DNA of 55,430 nt, filler included, from Scyliorhinus canicula (taxonomy: Eukaryota): the NCBI RefSeq assembly GCF_902713615.1. It is 3 parts of 3 records of this genome, joined end to end, with 100 filler letters (N's around TTAATTAATTAA, not from the genome) between each part and the next. Parts side by side here need not be neighbours in the genome. Positions count along the whole stretch, not along the records: positions 1 to 22,398 come from NW_024055492.1; positions 22,499 to 43,317 come from NC_052174.1; 1 more part is not named here. One strand, given 5' to 3'. A program made the translations under genes and the position numbers. Under the pieces are notes generated by a model. That model was not told where the DNA came from and ran no database searches. It was given only the letters and a program-made list of their open reading frames with translations. Every line of letters starts with the position of its first letter. Position 1 is the first letter of the stretch. Shown here piece after piece: positions 19,950 through 32,336 of the stretch.

Positions 19950-22398
19950 GGTTCTACTTGTAGCTACTTGCAGCTGGAGCTTGTTAATTAGTTAATTGGA
20001 TTAGGTCAGCTTTCAGAGGCTCGAGTCACAGTATAAATCTGAGCTAGTTACAGTGCAGACGAGTGCTGAATTTGGGTGCATTTGAGTGCTCTCGTGAGAG
20101 TTTGATAACTAAGGGAGTTAGGTGAGGAGGTAGTCAGCTGCTCCTTTAATTTAATTTCCTACATTTCCTCAGAACGTGATGGGAGCCCGGAGTTTACGGA
20201 GAGTGTAGCTGACTGGAAACAGAGTCGGAGGGCGGAGTTCCAGTTGGTCCTCAGTGCAGCTGCATTCTGTAAGGTAAGAGGGGATGGAGGCTAGGGCAGT
20301 TGCATGCTCCCCCTGTAGGATGTGGGTGGTGAGGGATACCACCCGTGTCCCCGATGACTATACCTGCGGGAAGTGCAACCAACTCCAGCTCCTCAGACGC
20401 TGTGTTAGGGAACTGGAGCTGGAGCTGGATTAACATCGGATCATCCGGGGTGTCTAGGGGGTAATAGAGAAGAGTTACAGGGATGTAGCCACACCCAAGG
20501 TACAGGATAAGAGTAGCTGGGTTACCGTCAGGGGAAAGGAAACAAACGGGCAGACAGTGCAGGGATCCCTCGTGGCTGTTCCCCTTCAAATCAAGTATAC
20601 CGTTTTGGATGCTGTTTGGGGTGGATGACCTACCGGTGGAAGGACCTAGCGGCCAGGTCTCTGGCACTGAGTCTGGCTCAGGGGCTCAGAAGGGAAGGTG
20701 GGAGAATACAAAAGCAATAGTGACTGGAGACTCAATGGGTAGTGTAACAGATAGGAGATTCTGTGGTCGTGAGCGAGACTCCCGGACGGTATATTGCCTC
20801 CCGGGTGCCAGGGCCAGGGATGTTTTGGATCGTGTCTTCAGGATCCTTAAGGGGGAGCAGCCAGACGGCGTGGTGCAAATTGGTATCAACGACGGAGGTA
20901 GGAAAAGGGGTGTGGAGGTAATAAACGAGTTTAGGGAGTTAGGCTGGAAGTTAAAAGCGAGGACAGGCAGAGTTGACATCTCTGGTTTGTTGCTGGTGCC
21001 ACGTGATAGCTAGGAATCGGGAGAGAGTGCAGTTGAACACGTGGCTGCAGGAATGGTGGAGGAGGGAGGGCTTCAGATACTTTGATAATTGGAGCGCATT
21101 CTGGGGAAGGTGGGATCTGTACAAGCAGGAGGGGTTGCATCAGAACCAGAGGGCACCAATATCCTGGGACGGAGGTTTTCTAGCACTCTTCAGGAGGCTT
21201 TAATCTAATTTGGCAGGGGAATGGGAACTGTCGTCCAGCAACTAAGGTAGCCGATGTTCAGGATGTCAAAGCGTGTAGTGACGCAGTGGAGAAGGTAACA
21301 CTGACAAAGGAGAGTACTTTCAGGCACGGAGATGAGTTGAAGCGTGTATACTTCAACTCACGATGCATCAGGAATAAGGTGGGTGTACTTAAGGCATGGA
21401 TCGGTACTTGGGACTACGATGTGGTGGCCATCACGGAAACCTGGATAGATGAGGGGTAGAAATGGTTGATGAAGGTTCCTGGTTATTGATGTTTCAATAA
21501 GATTAGGGAGGATGGTAACGGAGGTGGGGGGTTGCATTGTTAATTAGAGATAGTATAACAGCTGCAGAAAGGCAGTTTGAGGAGGATCTGCATACTGAGG
21601 TATTATGGGTAGAAGTCGGAAATAGGAAAAGAGCCACCTTGTTCAGAGAGTGGTGGTGGATGGCAAAATATTCAGCCTCAAGCCTAGTTACCAGTGGCGT
21701 ACTGCAAGGATCAGTTCTGGGCCCTCTGCTGCTTCTGATTTTCATTAATGACTTCGATGAGGGAGTTGAAGGGTGGGTCAGTAAATTTGCAGACGATACG
21801 TAGATTGGTGGAGTTCTGGATAGTGAGGAGGGCTGTTGTTGGCTGCAAAGAGACATAGATAGGATGCAGAGCAGGGCTGAGAAGTGGCAGACGGAGTTTA
21901 ACCCTGAAAAGTGTGAGATTGTCCATTTTGGAAGGACAAATATGAATGTGGAATACAGTGCTAATGGAAGGGTTCTTGGCAAAGTGGAGGAGCAGAGAGA
22001 TCTTGGGGTCTATGTTCATAGATCTTTGAAAGTTGCCACTCAAGTGGATAGAGCTGTGAAGAAGGCCTACGGTGTGCTAGCGTTCATTAGCAGAGGGATT
22101 GAATTTAAGAGGCGTGAGGTGATGATGCAGCTGTACAAAACCTTGGTAAGGCCACATCTGGAGTACTCTGTGTAGTTCTGGTCGCCTCATTTTAGGAAGG
22201 TCGTGGAAGCCTTGGAAAAGGTGCAAAGGAGATTTACCAGGATGTTGCCTGGAATGGAGAGTAGGTCTTACGAGGAAATGTTGAGGATGCTCGGCCTTTT
22301 CTCATTAGAACGGAGAAGGATGAGGGACGACCTGATAGAGGTTTATAAGGTGATCAGGGGAAGAGATAGAGTAGACAGTCAGAGACTTTTTCCCGGGT
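19950..22398 (+). mobile_element. Internally deleted, decayed CR1 LINE
   Basis: ORF1: MEARAVACSPCRMW...YTCGKC zinc finger, coiled coil, SGNH esterase (GDSM...CLPGARARD...IGIND). ORF2 endonuclease N-terminus (YDVVAITETW) is fused at about 21645 to the RT C-terminus ([24 protein letters not shown]). Stops and frameshifts throughout; ends at a gap. Confidence 0.92.
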
Positions 22399-22498
22399 NN
22401 NNNNNNNNNNNNNNNNNNNNNNNNNNNNNNNNNNNNNNNNNNTTAATTAATTAANNNNNNNNNNNNNNNNNNNNNNNNNNNNNNNNNNNNNNNNNNNN
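22399..22498. other. Assembly spacer N44-TTAATTAATTAA-N44
   Basis: Exactly 100 nt with a palindromic all-frame-stop 12-mer at the centre (22443-22454); repeated identically at 43318-43417. Confidence 0.95.
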
Positions 22499-25400
22499 GA
22501 GTTTGTGTGTGAACAGGAGTGAGTATGTAATAGGCATGAGTGTGTAATAGGAGTGTGTAATAGGGGTGAGTGTATGCCAAGAGTGAGTGTGTAACAGGAG
22601 TGCATGTGTAATATGAGTGAGTGTGTAATAGGAGTGATTGTGTGACAGGAGTGAGTGTATACCAGGAGTGAGTGAGTAACAGGAGTGATTGAGGCAGGAG
22701 TGAGTGTGTGACAGGAGTGATTGATTGTGACAGGAGTGAGTTTGTAACATGAGTGTGTAACACAAGTGAGTGATTGTGACACAAGTGAGTGTGTAACACG
22801 AATGTGTGTAACACAAGTAAGTGAATGTGACAGGAGTGAGTGTGTAACATGAGTGTGTGTAACACGCGTGAGTGATTGTGACAGAAGTATGTGTATAACA
22901 GGAGTGAGTGATTGTAACAGGAGTGAGTATGTAACATAAGTGTGTGTAACACGAGTGAGTGATTGCGGCAGGAGTGTGTGTATGCTAGGACTGAGTGTGT
23001 GACCGGAGTGATTGTGTAACAAGAGTGATTGATTGTGACAGGCGTGAGTGTGTAATAGGAGTGAGTATGTAATAGGAGTGAGTATGTGACAGGAGTGAGT
23101 GTGTACTATGAGTGAGTGTGTGACAAGAGTGTGTAACATGAGTGAGTGTGTAATAGGTGTGAGTGTGCAACATGAGTGAGTGTGTCATAGGAATGAGTGT
23201 GTGACAAGAGTGAGTGTGTAATAGGAGTGAGTGTGTGACAGAAGTGAGTGTGTGACAGGAGTGAGTGTGTAATAGGAGTGAGTGTATGACAGGAGTGAGT
23301 GTGTGACAGGAGTGAGTGTGTAATAGGAGTGAGTGTGTGACAAGAGCGAGTGTGTAACAGGAGTGAGTGTGTAATAGGAATGCGTGTGTGACAAGAGTGA
23401 GTGCGTAACAGGAGTGAGTGTGTAGTAGTTGTGAGTGTGCAATAGGAGTGAGTGTGTAATAGGAATGAGTGTGTGACAAGAGTGAGTGTGTAACAGGAGT
23501 GAGTGTGTAATAGGAGTGAGTATGTGGCAGGAGTGAGTGTGTGACAGGAGTGAGTGTGTAACAGGAGTGAGTGAGTAACAGGAGTGAATGTGTAACAAGA
23601 GTGCGTGTGTGACAGGAGTGAGTGTGTAATAGGAGTGAATATGTGACAGGAGTGAGTGTGTAACAGGAGTGAGTGTGTGACAGGAGTGAGTGTGTAATAG
23701 GAGTGAGTGTGTGACAGGAGTGAGTGTGTAACAGGAGTGAGTGAGTAACAGGAGTGATTGTGGCAGGAGTGAGCACATAAGAGGAGGAAGAGATTGTAAC
23801 AGGAGTGAATTATTGTGTCAGAATCAAGTGTGTAACAGGAATAAGCGATTGTGGAAGAAGTGAGTGTGTGATTGGAATGTGTGTGTAGAGGGAGTGCATG
23901 TGTAACAGTATTGAGTGAAATAGAAGTGAGTGTGTACCAGGTCTGAGGTAGTATAATGGGTGTGAGTGTGTTACAGGAGTGAGTGATTGTGGCAGGAGTG
24001 AATGTGTAACATGTGTGATTGTAACAGGCTTGAGTTTGTAACAAGAGTGAGTTGTTGTATTGGTGAGAGCATGTAACACAAGTGAGTGTGTAATGGGAGT
24101 GAGTGTGTAACAGGAGTGAGTGTGCAATGGGAGAGAGTGTGTAACGGGAGTGAGTGTGTAACAGGAGTGTGTGTGTAATGGGAATGGGTGTGTGACACGA
24201 GTGAGTGTGTAACAGGAGTGAGTGTGTAACAGGAGTGATTGTGGCAGCATTTAGTGTGTAACAGGAGTGAGTAATATGCGTGAACTTGTAACAGGAATGC
24301 ATGTAATGGGAGTGTGTGACGAGCGAGTGTGCACGGCATGACTGTGCAAGCAGTGTGTGCGGACTGAATGTGTGAGGAAAGAGTGTGATGTGTAAGAGTG
24401 CAAGGGGTGAATATGCAAAGAGTGAGTTAGCATCAGATGAGTGGGAAACCAGTGTGTGTACCTGGCATGAATGTGTAAGGAGTGAGTGTGCAAGGACTGG
24501 GTGTACATGGCATGAGTGTGTATGGTGTGATTGTGCAAGGAGTGAGTGAGCGAGGCATGTGTGTGAGGGATAAGTGTGCACAGTGTGAGTGTGTGAAAAC
24601 TTAGCATGCGAAGTGTAGGTGTGCACGGGCCTATGGTGTGAGGCATGAGGGCACAAAATGTGAGTGTGCAAGTACTGAGTGTGTGAGGTGTGAGTGTGTG
24701 AGGTGTGAGTGTGTGAGGGCGGAGGGTGCAAGAACTGAGGGTGCAAGTTGGGTATGAGGGCTGAGTGTGCAAGGGCTGAGGTTGCGAGGGTGGAGTGTGT
24801 GATGTGAGAGTTTGTGATGTGTGAGTGTGCAAGGGCAGAGTGTGCAAGGACTAAAGGTGCAATGGCTAAGGGCATGAGTGCTGAGTGTGAAAGGACTGAG
24901 CGTGCAAGGCTGAGTGTGCGAGGGCGGAGTGTGAAAGGGCTGTGTGTGGGGTCTCAGTGTGCAAGGATGAGGCCAGAGTGTGCAAGGTCTGAGGACGCAA
25001 GGGCTGAGTATGTGAGGGTGACTGTGCAAGGGCTGAGTGTGTGAGGGTGTGTTAAGCCTGAATGTGCGAGGTTTGAGAGTGCAAGGACTGAGCATGCTAG
25101 GGGTGTGTGTGCAAGGGCTCTGTGCAAGCGGTGAGTGTGAGGGCTGAGGGTGCGAGTGGTGAGTGTGTGAGGGGTGAGTGCCGTGCGGCGAGTGTGCGAG
25201 CGGTGAGAGTGCGAGGGGTGAGTGTGCGAGGAGTGAGTGTCCGAGCGGTGAGAGTGTGAGGGCTGAGTGTGCAAGGGGTGAGTGTGTGAGGGGTGGGTGT
25301 GCGATGGCTGAGGCGGCAAGGGGTGAGTGTGCAAGTGGTGAGTGTGCGAGGGACGAGGGTGCGAAGGGTGAGTGTGTGAGCGGTGAGTGTGCCAGGGGTG

Positions 25401-25750
25401 AGTGTGCGAGGGGTGAGTGTGCAATGGCTGAGGGGGCAAGGGGTGAGTGTGCGAGGGGAGAGTGTGCGAGGGGTGAGTGTGCGAGGGGTGAGTGTGTGAG
25501 GGGAGAGTGTGCGAGGGGTGAGGGTGCGAGGGGTGAGTGTGTGAGGGGAGAGTGTGCGAGGGATGAGGGTGCGAGGGGTGAGCAGTGAGTGTGCGAGGGA
25601 TGAGGGTGCGAGGGGTGAGTGTGCGAGGGGTGAGTGTGCAATGGCTGAGGGGGCAAGGGGTGAGTGTGTGAGGGGAGAGTGTGCGAGGGGTGAGTGTGCG
25701 AGGGTTGAGGGTGCGAGGGGTGAGTGTGTGAGCGGTGAGTGTGCGAGGGG
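22499..25750. repeat. Degenerate GAGTGTGT-rich minisatellites (AGGAGTGAGTGTGTAAC type, then GAGTGTGCGAGGGGT type)
   Basis: Periodicity is visible directly; the His/Thr/Leu-rich ORFs here are repeat translations. Confidence 0.9.
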
Positions 25751-25831
25751 TGTACTAAACTGTTGCTCTCTGCTCAGGGGGCAGTATTTTCAAGGTTGAT
25801 GAAATTTCCCCTTTCTGTGTTTTTATCCCAG

Positions 25832-25940
25832 CCCGACGTTCCCCTGTGGAGGGCAGATCCTGGGCGAGCAGGGATACATTGCCAGTGAGGGGTTTCCTGC
25901 ACTATACCCATCCAACAAAACCTGCACATGGAGCATCACG
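25832..25940 (+). CDS. PCOLCE: PCOLCE-like exon 2 (CUB1 N-terminal part)
   Basis: AG/GT-bounded 109-nt exon, phase 2 to 0: [36 protein letters not shown]. Confidence 0.9.
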
Positions 25941-25941
25941 G

Positions 25942-28900
25942 TTAGTGTGTGGGACCCCAGTGACAGTCAGTGTGTGTGGGACCCGTACCCCAGTGAGAGT
26001 CAGTGTGTGTGGGACCCCAGTGAGAGTCAGTGTGTGTGGGACCCGTACCCCAGTGAGAGTCAGTGTGTGTGGGACCCGTACCCCAGTGAGAGTCAGTGTG
26101 TGTGGGACCCGTACCCCAGTGAGAGTCAGTGTGTGTGGGACCCGTACCCCAGTGAGAGACAGTGTGTGTGGGACCCCAGTGAGAGTCAGTGTGTGTGGGA
26201 CCCGTACCCCAGTGAGAGTCAGTGTGTGTGGGACCCGTACCCCAGTGAGAGTCAGTGTGTGTGGGACCCCAGTGAGAGTCAGTGTGTGTGGGACCCGTAC
26301 CCCAGTGAGAGTCAGTGTGTGTGGGGACCGTACCCCAGTGAGAGTCCGTGTGTGTGGGACCCGTACCCCAGTGAGAGTCAGTGTGTGTGGGACCCGTACC
26401 CCAGTGAGAGTCAGTGTGTGTGGGACCCGTACCCCAGTGAGAGTCAGTGTGTGTGGGGCCCCAGTGAGAGTCAGTGTGTGTGGGACCTGTACCCCAGTGA
26501 GAGTCAGTGTGTGTGGGACCCGTACCCCAGTGAGGGTCAGTGTGTGTGGGACCCGTACCCCAGTGAGAGTCAGTGTGTGTGGGACCCGTACCCCAGTGAG
26601 AGTCAGTGTGTGTGGGACCCGTACCCCAGTGAGAGTCCGTGTGTGTGGGACCCGTACCCCAGTGAGAGTCAGTGTGTGTGGGACCCCAGTGAGAGTCAGT
26701 GTGTGTGGGACCCGTACCCCAGTGAGAGTCAGTGTGTGTGGGACCCGTACCCCAGTGAGAGTCCGTGTGTGTGGGACCCGTACCCCAGTGAGAGTCAGTG
26801 TGTGTGGGACCCCAGTGAGAGTCAGTGTGTGTGGGACCCGTACCCCAGTGAGAGTCAGTGTGTGTGGGACCCGTACCCCAGTGAGAGTCAGTGTGTGTGG
26901 GACCCGTACCCCAGTGAGAGTCAGTGTGTGTGCGACCCGTACCCCAGTGAGAGTCAGTGTGTGTGGGACCCGTACCCCAGTGAGAGTCAGTGTGTGTGGG
27001 ACCCGTACCCCAGTGAGAGTCAGTGTGTGTGGGACCCGTACCCCAGTGAGAGTCAGTGTGTGTGGGACCCCTACCCCAGTGAGAGTCAGTGTGTGTGGGA
27101 CCCGTACCCCAGTGAGAGTCAGTGTGTGTGGGACCCGTACCCCAGTGAGAGTCAGTGTGTGTGGGACCCGTACCCCAGTGAGAGTCAGTGTGTGTGGGAC
27201 CCGTACCCCAGTGAGAGTCAGTGTGTGTGGGACCCGTACCCCAGTGAGAGTCAGTGTGTGTGGGACCCCAGTGAGAGTCAGTGTGTGTGGGACCCGTACC
27301 CCAGTGAGAGTCAGTGTGTGTGGGACCCGTACCCCAGTGAGAATCAGTGTGTGTGGGACCCGTACCCCAGTGAGAGTCAGTGTGTGTGGGACCCGTACCC
27401 CAATGAGAGTCAGTGTGTGTGGGACCCCAGTGAGAGTCAGTGTGTGTGGGACCCGTACCCCAGTGAGAGTCAGTGTGTGTGGGACCCGTACCCCAGTGAG
27501 AGTCAGTGTGTGTGGGACCCCAGTGAGAGTCACTGTGTGTGGGACCCGTACCCCAGTGAGAGTCAGTATGTGCTGGACCCCAGTGAGAGTCAGTGTGTGT
27601 GGAACCCGTACCCCAGTGAGAGTCAGTGTGTGTGGGACCCCAGTGAGAGTCAGTGTGTGTGGGACCCGTACCCCAGTGAGAGTCAGTGAGTGTGGGACCC
27701 GTACCCCAGTGAGAGTCAGTGTGTGTGGGACCCCAGTGAGAGTCAGTGTGTGTGGGACCCGTACCCCAGTGAGAGTCAGTGTGTGTGGGGACCGTACCCC
27801 AGTGAGAGTCCGTGTGTGTGGGACCCGTACCCCAGTGAGAGTCAGTGTGTGTGGGACCCGTACCCCAGTGAGAGTCAGTGTGTGTGGGACCCGTACCCCA
27901 GTGAGAGTCAGTGTGTGTGGGGCCCCAGTGAGAGTCAGTGTGTGTGGGACCTGTACCCCAGTGAGAGTCAGTGTGTGTGGGACCCGTACCCCAGTGAGGG
28001 TCAGTGTGTGTGGGACCCGTACCCCAGTGAGAGTCAGTGTGTGTGGGACCCGTACCCCAGTGAGAGTCAGTGTGTGTGGGACCCGTACCCCAGTGAGAGT
28101 CCGTGTGTGTGGGACCCGTACCCCAGTGAGAGTCAGTGTGTGTGGGACCCCAGTGAGAGTCAGTTTGTGTGGGACCCGTACCCCAGTGAGAGTCAGTGTG
28201 TGTGGGACCCGTACCCCAGTGAGAGTCCGTGTGTGTGGGACCCGTACCCCAGTGAGAGTCAGTGTGTGTGGGACCCCAGTGAGAGTCAGTGTGTGTGGGA
28301 CCCGTACCCCAGTGAGAGTCAGTGTGTGTGGGACCCGTACCCCAGTGAGAGTCAGTGTGTGTGGGACCCGTACCCCAGTGAGAGTCAGTGTGTGTGGGAC
28401 CCGTACCCCAGTGAGAGTCAGTGTGTGTGGGACCCGTACCCCAGTGAGAGTCAGTGTGTGTGGGACCCGTACCCCAGTGAGAGTCAGTGTGTGTGGGACC
28501 CGTACCCCAGTGAGAGTCAGTGTGTGTGGGACCCCTACCCCAGTGAGAGTCAGTGTGTGTGGGACCCGTACCCCAGTGAGAGTCAGTGTGTGTGGGACCC
28601 GTACCCCAGTGAGAGTCAGTGTGTGTGGGACCCGTACCCCAGTGAGAGTCAGTGTGTGTGGGACCCGTACCCCAGTGAGAGTCAGTGTGTGTGGGACCCG
28701 TACCCCAGTGAGAGTCAGTGTGTGTGGGACCCCAGTGAGAGTCAGTGTGTGTGGGACCCGTACCCCAGTGAGAGTCAGTGTGTGTGGGACCCGTACCCCA
28801 GTGAGAGTCAGTGTGTGTGGGACCCGTACCCCAGTGAGAGTCAGTGTGTGTGGGACCCGTACCCCAATGAGAGTCAGTGTGTGTGGGACCCCAGTGAGAG

Positions 28901-31770
28901 TCAGTGTGTGTGGGACCCGTACCCCAGTGAGAGTCAGTGTGTGTGGGACCCGTACCCCAGTGAGAGTCAGTGTGTGTGGGACCCCAGTGAGAGTCAGTGT
29001 GTGTGGGACCCGTACCCCAGTGAGAGTCAGTGTGTGTGGGACCCGTACCCCAGTGAGAGTCAGTGTGTGTGGGACCCCAGTGAGAGTCACTGTGTGTGGG
29101 ACCCGTACCCCAGTGAGAGTCAGTGTGTGCTGGACCCCAGTGAGAGTCAGTGTGTGTGGGACCCGTACCCCAGTGAGAGTCAGTGTGTGTGGGACCCCAG
29201 TGAGAGTCAGTGTGTGTGGGACCCGTATCCCAGTGAGAGTCAGTGTGAGTGGGACCCGTACCCCAGTGAGCGTCAGTGTGTGTGGGACCCGTACCCCAGT
29301 GAGAGTCAGTGTGTGTGGGACCCGTACCCCAGTGAGAGTCAGTGTGTATGGGACCCGTATCCCAGTGAGAGTCAGTGTGTGTGGGACCCGTACCCCAGTG
29401 AGAGTCAGTGTGTGTGGGACCCGTACCCCAGTGAGAGTCAGTGTGTGTGGGACCCGTACCCCAGTGAGAGTCAGTGTGTGTGGGACCCCAGTGAGGGTCA
29501 GTGTGTGTGGGACCCGTACCCCAGTGAGAGTCAGTGTGTGTGGGACCCGTTCTCCAGTGAGAGTCAGTGTGTGTGGGACCCCAGTGAGAGTCAGTGTGTG
29601 TGGGACCCCTACCCCAGTGAGAGTCAGTGTGTGTGGGGCCCCAGTGAGAGTCAGTGTGTGTGGGACCCCAGTGAGAGTCAGTGTGTGTGGGACCCGTACC
29701 CCAGTGAGAGTCAGTGTGTGTGGGACCCGTACCCCAGTGAGAGTCAGTGTGTGTGGGACCCGTTCTCCAGTGAGAGTCAGTGTGTGTGGGACCCCAGTGA
29801 GAGTCAGTGTGTGTGGGACCCGTACCCCAGTGAGAGTCAGTGTGTGTGGGACCCCTACCCCAGTGAGAGTCAGTGTGTGTGGGGCCCCAGTGAGAGTCAG
29901 TGTGTGTGGGACCCCAGTGAGAGTCAGTGTGTGTGGGACCCCTACCCCAGTGAGAGTCAGTGTGTGTGGGACCCAGTGAGAGTCAGTGTGTGTGGGTCCC
30001 GTACCCCAGTGAGAGTCAGTGTGTGTGGGACCCGTACCCCAGTGAGAGTCAGTGTGTGTGGGACCCGTACCCCAGTGAGAGTCAGTGTGTGTGGGACCCC
30101 AGTGAGAGTCAGTGTGTGTGGGACCCCAGTGAGAGTCAGTGTGTGTGGGACCCGTACCCCAGTGAGAGTCAGTGTGTGTGGGACCCGTACCCCAGTGAGA
30201 GTCAGTGTGTGTGGGACCCCAGTGAGAGTCAGTGTGTGTGGGACCCGTACCCCAGTGAGAGTCAGTGTGTGTGGGACCCGTACCCCAGTGAGAGTCAGTG
30301 TGTGTGGGACCCGTACCCCAGTGAGAGTCAGTGTGTGTGGGACCCGTACCCCAATGAGAGTCAGTGTGTGTGGGACCCCAGTGAGAGTCAGTGTGTGTGG
30401 GACCCGTACCCCAGTGAGAGTCAGTGTGTGTGGGACCCGTACCCCAGTGAGAGTCAGTGTGTGTGGGACCCCAGTGAGAGTCAGTGTGTGTGGGACCCGT
30501 ACCCCAGTGAGAGTCAGTGTGTGTGGGACCCGTACCCCAGTGAGAGTCAGTGTGTGTGGGACCCCAGTGAGAGTCACTGTGTGTGGGACCCGTACCCCAG
30601 TGAGAGTCAGTGTGTGCTGGACCCCAGTGAGAGTCAGTGTGTGTGGGACCCGTACCCCAGTGAGAGTCAGTGTGTGTGGGACCCCAGTGAGAGTCAGTGT
30701 GTGTGGGACCCGTATCCCAGTGAGAGTCAGTGTGAGTGGGACCCGTACCCCAGTGAGCGTCAGTGTGTGTGGGACCCGTACCCCAGTGAGAGTCAGTGTG
30801 TGTGGGACCCGTACCCCAGTGAGAGTCAGTGTGTATGGGACCCGTATCCCAGTGAGAGTCAGTGTGTGTGGGACCCGTACCCCAGTGAGAGTCAGTGTGT
30901 GTGGGACCCGTACCCCAGTGAGAGTCAGTGTGTGTGGGACCCGTACCCCAGTGAGAGTCAGTGTGTGTGGGACCCCAGTGAGGGTCAGTGTGTGTGGGAC
31001 CCGTACCCCAGTGAGAGTCAGTGTGTGTGGGACCCGTTCTCCAGTGAGAGTCAGTGTGTGTGGGACCCCAGTGAGAGTCAGTGTGTGTGGGACCCCTACC
31101 CCAGTGAGAGTCAGTGTGTGTGGGGCCCCAGTGAGAGTCAGTGTGTGTGGGACCCCAGTGAGAGTCAGTGTGTGTGGGACCCGTACCCCAGTGAGAGTCA
31201 GTGTGTGTGGGACCCGTACCCCAGTGAGAGTCAGTGTGTGTGGGACCCGTTCTCCAGTGAGAGTCAGTGTGTGTGGGACCCCAGTGAGAGTCAGTGTGTG
31301 TGGGACCCGTACCCCAGTGAGAGTCAGTGTGTGTGGGACCCCTACCCCAGTGAGAGTCAGTGTGTGTGGGGCCCCAGTGAGAGTCAGTGTGTGTGGGACC
31401 CCAGTGAGAGTCAGTGTGTGTGGGACCCCTACCCCAGTGAGAGTCAGTGTGTGTGGGACCCCAGTGAGAGTCAGTGTGTGTGGGTCCCGTACCCCAGTGA
31501 GAGTCAGTGTGTGTGGGACCCGTACCCCAGTGAGAGTCAGTGTGTGTGGGACCCGTACCCCAGTGAGAGTCAGTGTGTGTGGGACCCCAGTGAGAGTCAG
31601 TGTGTGTGGGACCCCAGTGAGAGTCAGTGTGTGTGGGACCCGTACCCCAGTGAGAGTCAGTGTGTGTGGGACCCCAGTGAGAGTCAGTGTGTGTGGGACC
31701 CGTACCCCAGTGAGAGTCAGTGTGTGTGGGACCCGTACCCCAGTGAGAGTCAGTGTGTGTGGGACCCCAG
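25942..31770. repeat. 33/27-bp minisatellite filling intron 2 (roughly 185 units)
   Basis: Unit GTGTGTGTGGGACCC(GTACCC)CAGTGAGAGTCA; the short form lacks GTACCC. Confidence 0.97.
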
Positions 31771-31862
31771 TGGGAGTCAGTGTTTTCTGGTGGGTGGGAG
31801 GGATGAGTTTGGAAATCCCTGTTTGGGTCTCTGGGTAAGTCGGGATATGTTGTATTTTCCAG

Positions 31863-32121
31863 GTTCCTCCTGGCCGCATTGTAATCCTCTCATTCCGACA
31901 CATGGATCTGGAGACAGATCCAATTTGCCGTTACGACCACGTCAGTGTTTACAACGGGAATTCTGCATCATCCGAGAGGTTGGGCCGTTTCTGTGGGACC
32001 TTCCGTCCGGGAGCCGTCATGTCCACGAGCAACAGCATGCTGATCGAGATGGCTTCGGATGACGATTCTGCTGGGAAGGGGTTCCTGGCTGTCTACACGG
32101 CCAGACTGCCTCCGGAGAAAG
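31863..32121 (+). CDS. PCOLCE: PCOLCE-like exon 3 (rest of CUB1)
   Basis: 259-nt exon: VPPGRIVILSFRHMDLETDPICRYDHVSVYNGNSASSERLGRFCGTFRPGAVMSTSNSMLIEMASDDDSAGKGFLAVYTARLPPEK. The CRYD and RFCGTFRP motifs are typical of PCPE. From memory the loop length before RLGRFCG fits PCPE-1 better than PCPE-2, but PCOLCE2 is not excluded. Confidence 0.9.
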
Positions 32122-32206
32122 GTACAGGAGACGGGAACCCCGCAGGGGGAGAGTGTCCACAGAGGCCGCAAACGTCAAACTTTAATTTGCTATTTCTGTC
32201 TTTCAG

Positions 32207-32331
32207 AGAGTCAGTTCTGTGGTGGGAAGCTGGTGAAACCTCAGGGATCGTTCAAAACCCCAAATTGGCCCGAGAAGGAATATCCGACAGGAATAACCTG
32301 CTCCTGGCACATTGTGGGCCGTCCTAATGAG
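32207..32331 (+). CDS. PCOLCE: PCOLCE-like exon 4 (CUB2 N-terminal part)
   Basis: 125-nt exon after an 85-nt intron: (E)[41 protein letters not shown]; splice phases are compatible with exons 3 and 5. Confidence 0.9.
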
Positions 32332-32336
32332 GTACA

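Noticed and set aside
16920-20000. Candidate PCOLCE exon 1 (signal peptide)
   Set aside because: No hydrophobic ATG-initiated exon with a phase-2 donor identified; it may lie in the gap.
22443-22454. Palindrome TTAATTAATTAA (also 43362-43373)
   Set aside because: Centred in identical 100-nt N spacers; an assembly linker, not biology.
22443-25799. His/Thr/Leu-rich ORFs
   Set aside because: Low-complexity GT-rich repeat; several end on the artificial spacer's stop codons.
25846-32062. Giant ORFs (580-1382 aa) of [22 protein letters not shown] and HTLTLTGV repeats
   Set aside because: They are translations of a 33/27-bp intronic minisatellite, open on both strands because unit lengths are multiples of three. 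The flanking exons splice in frame without them.
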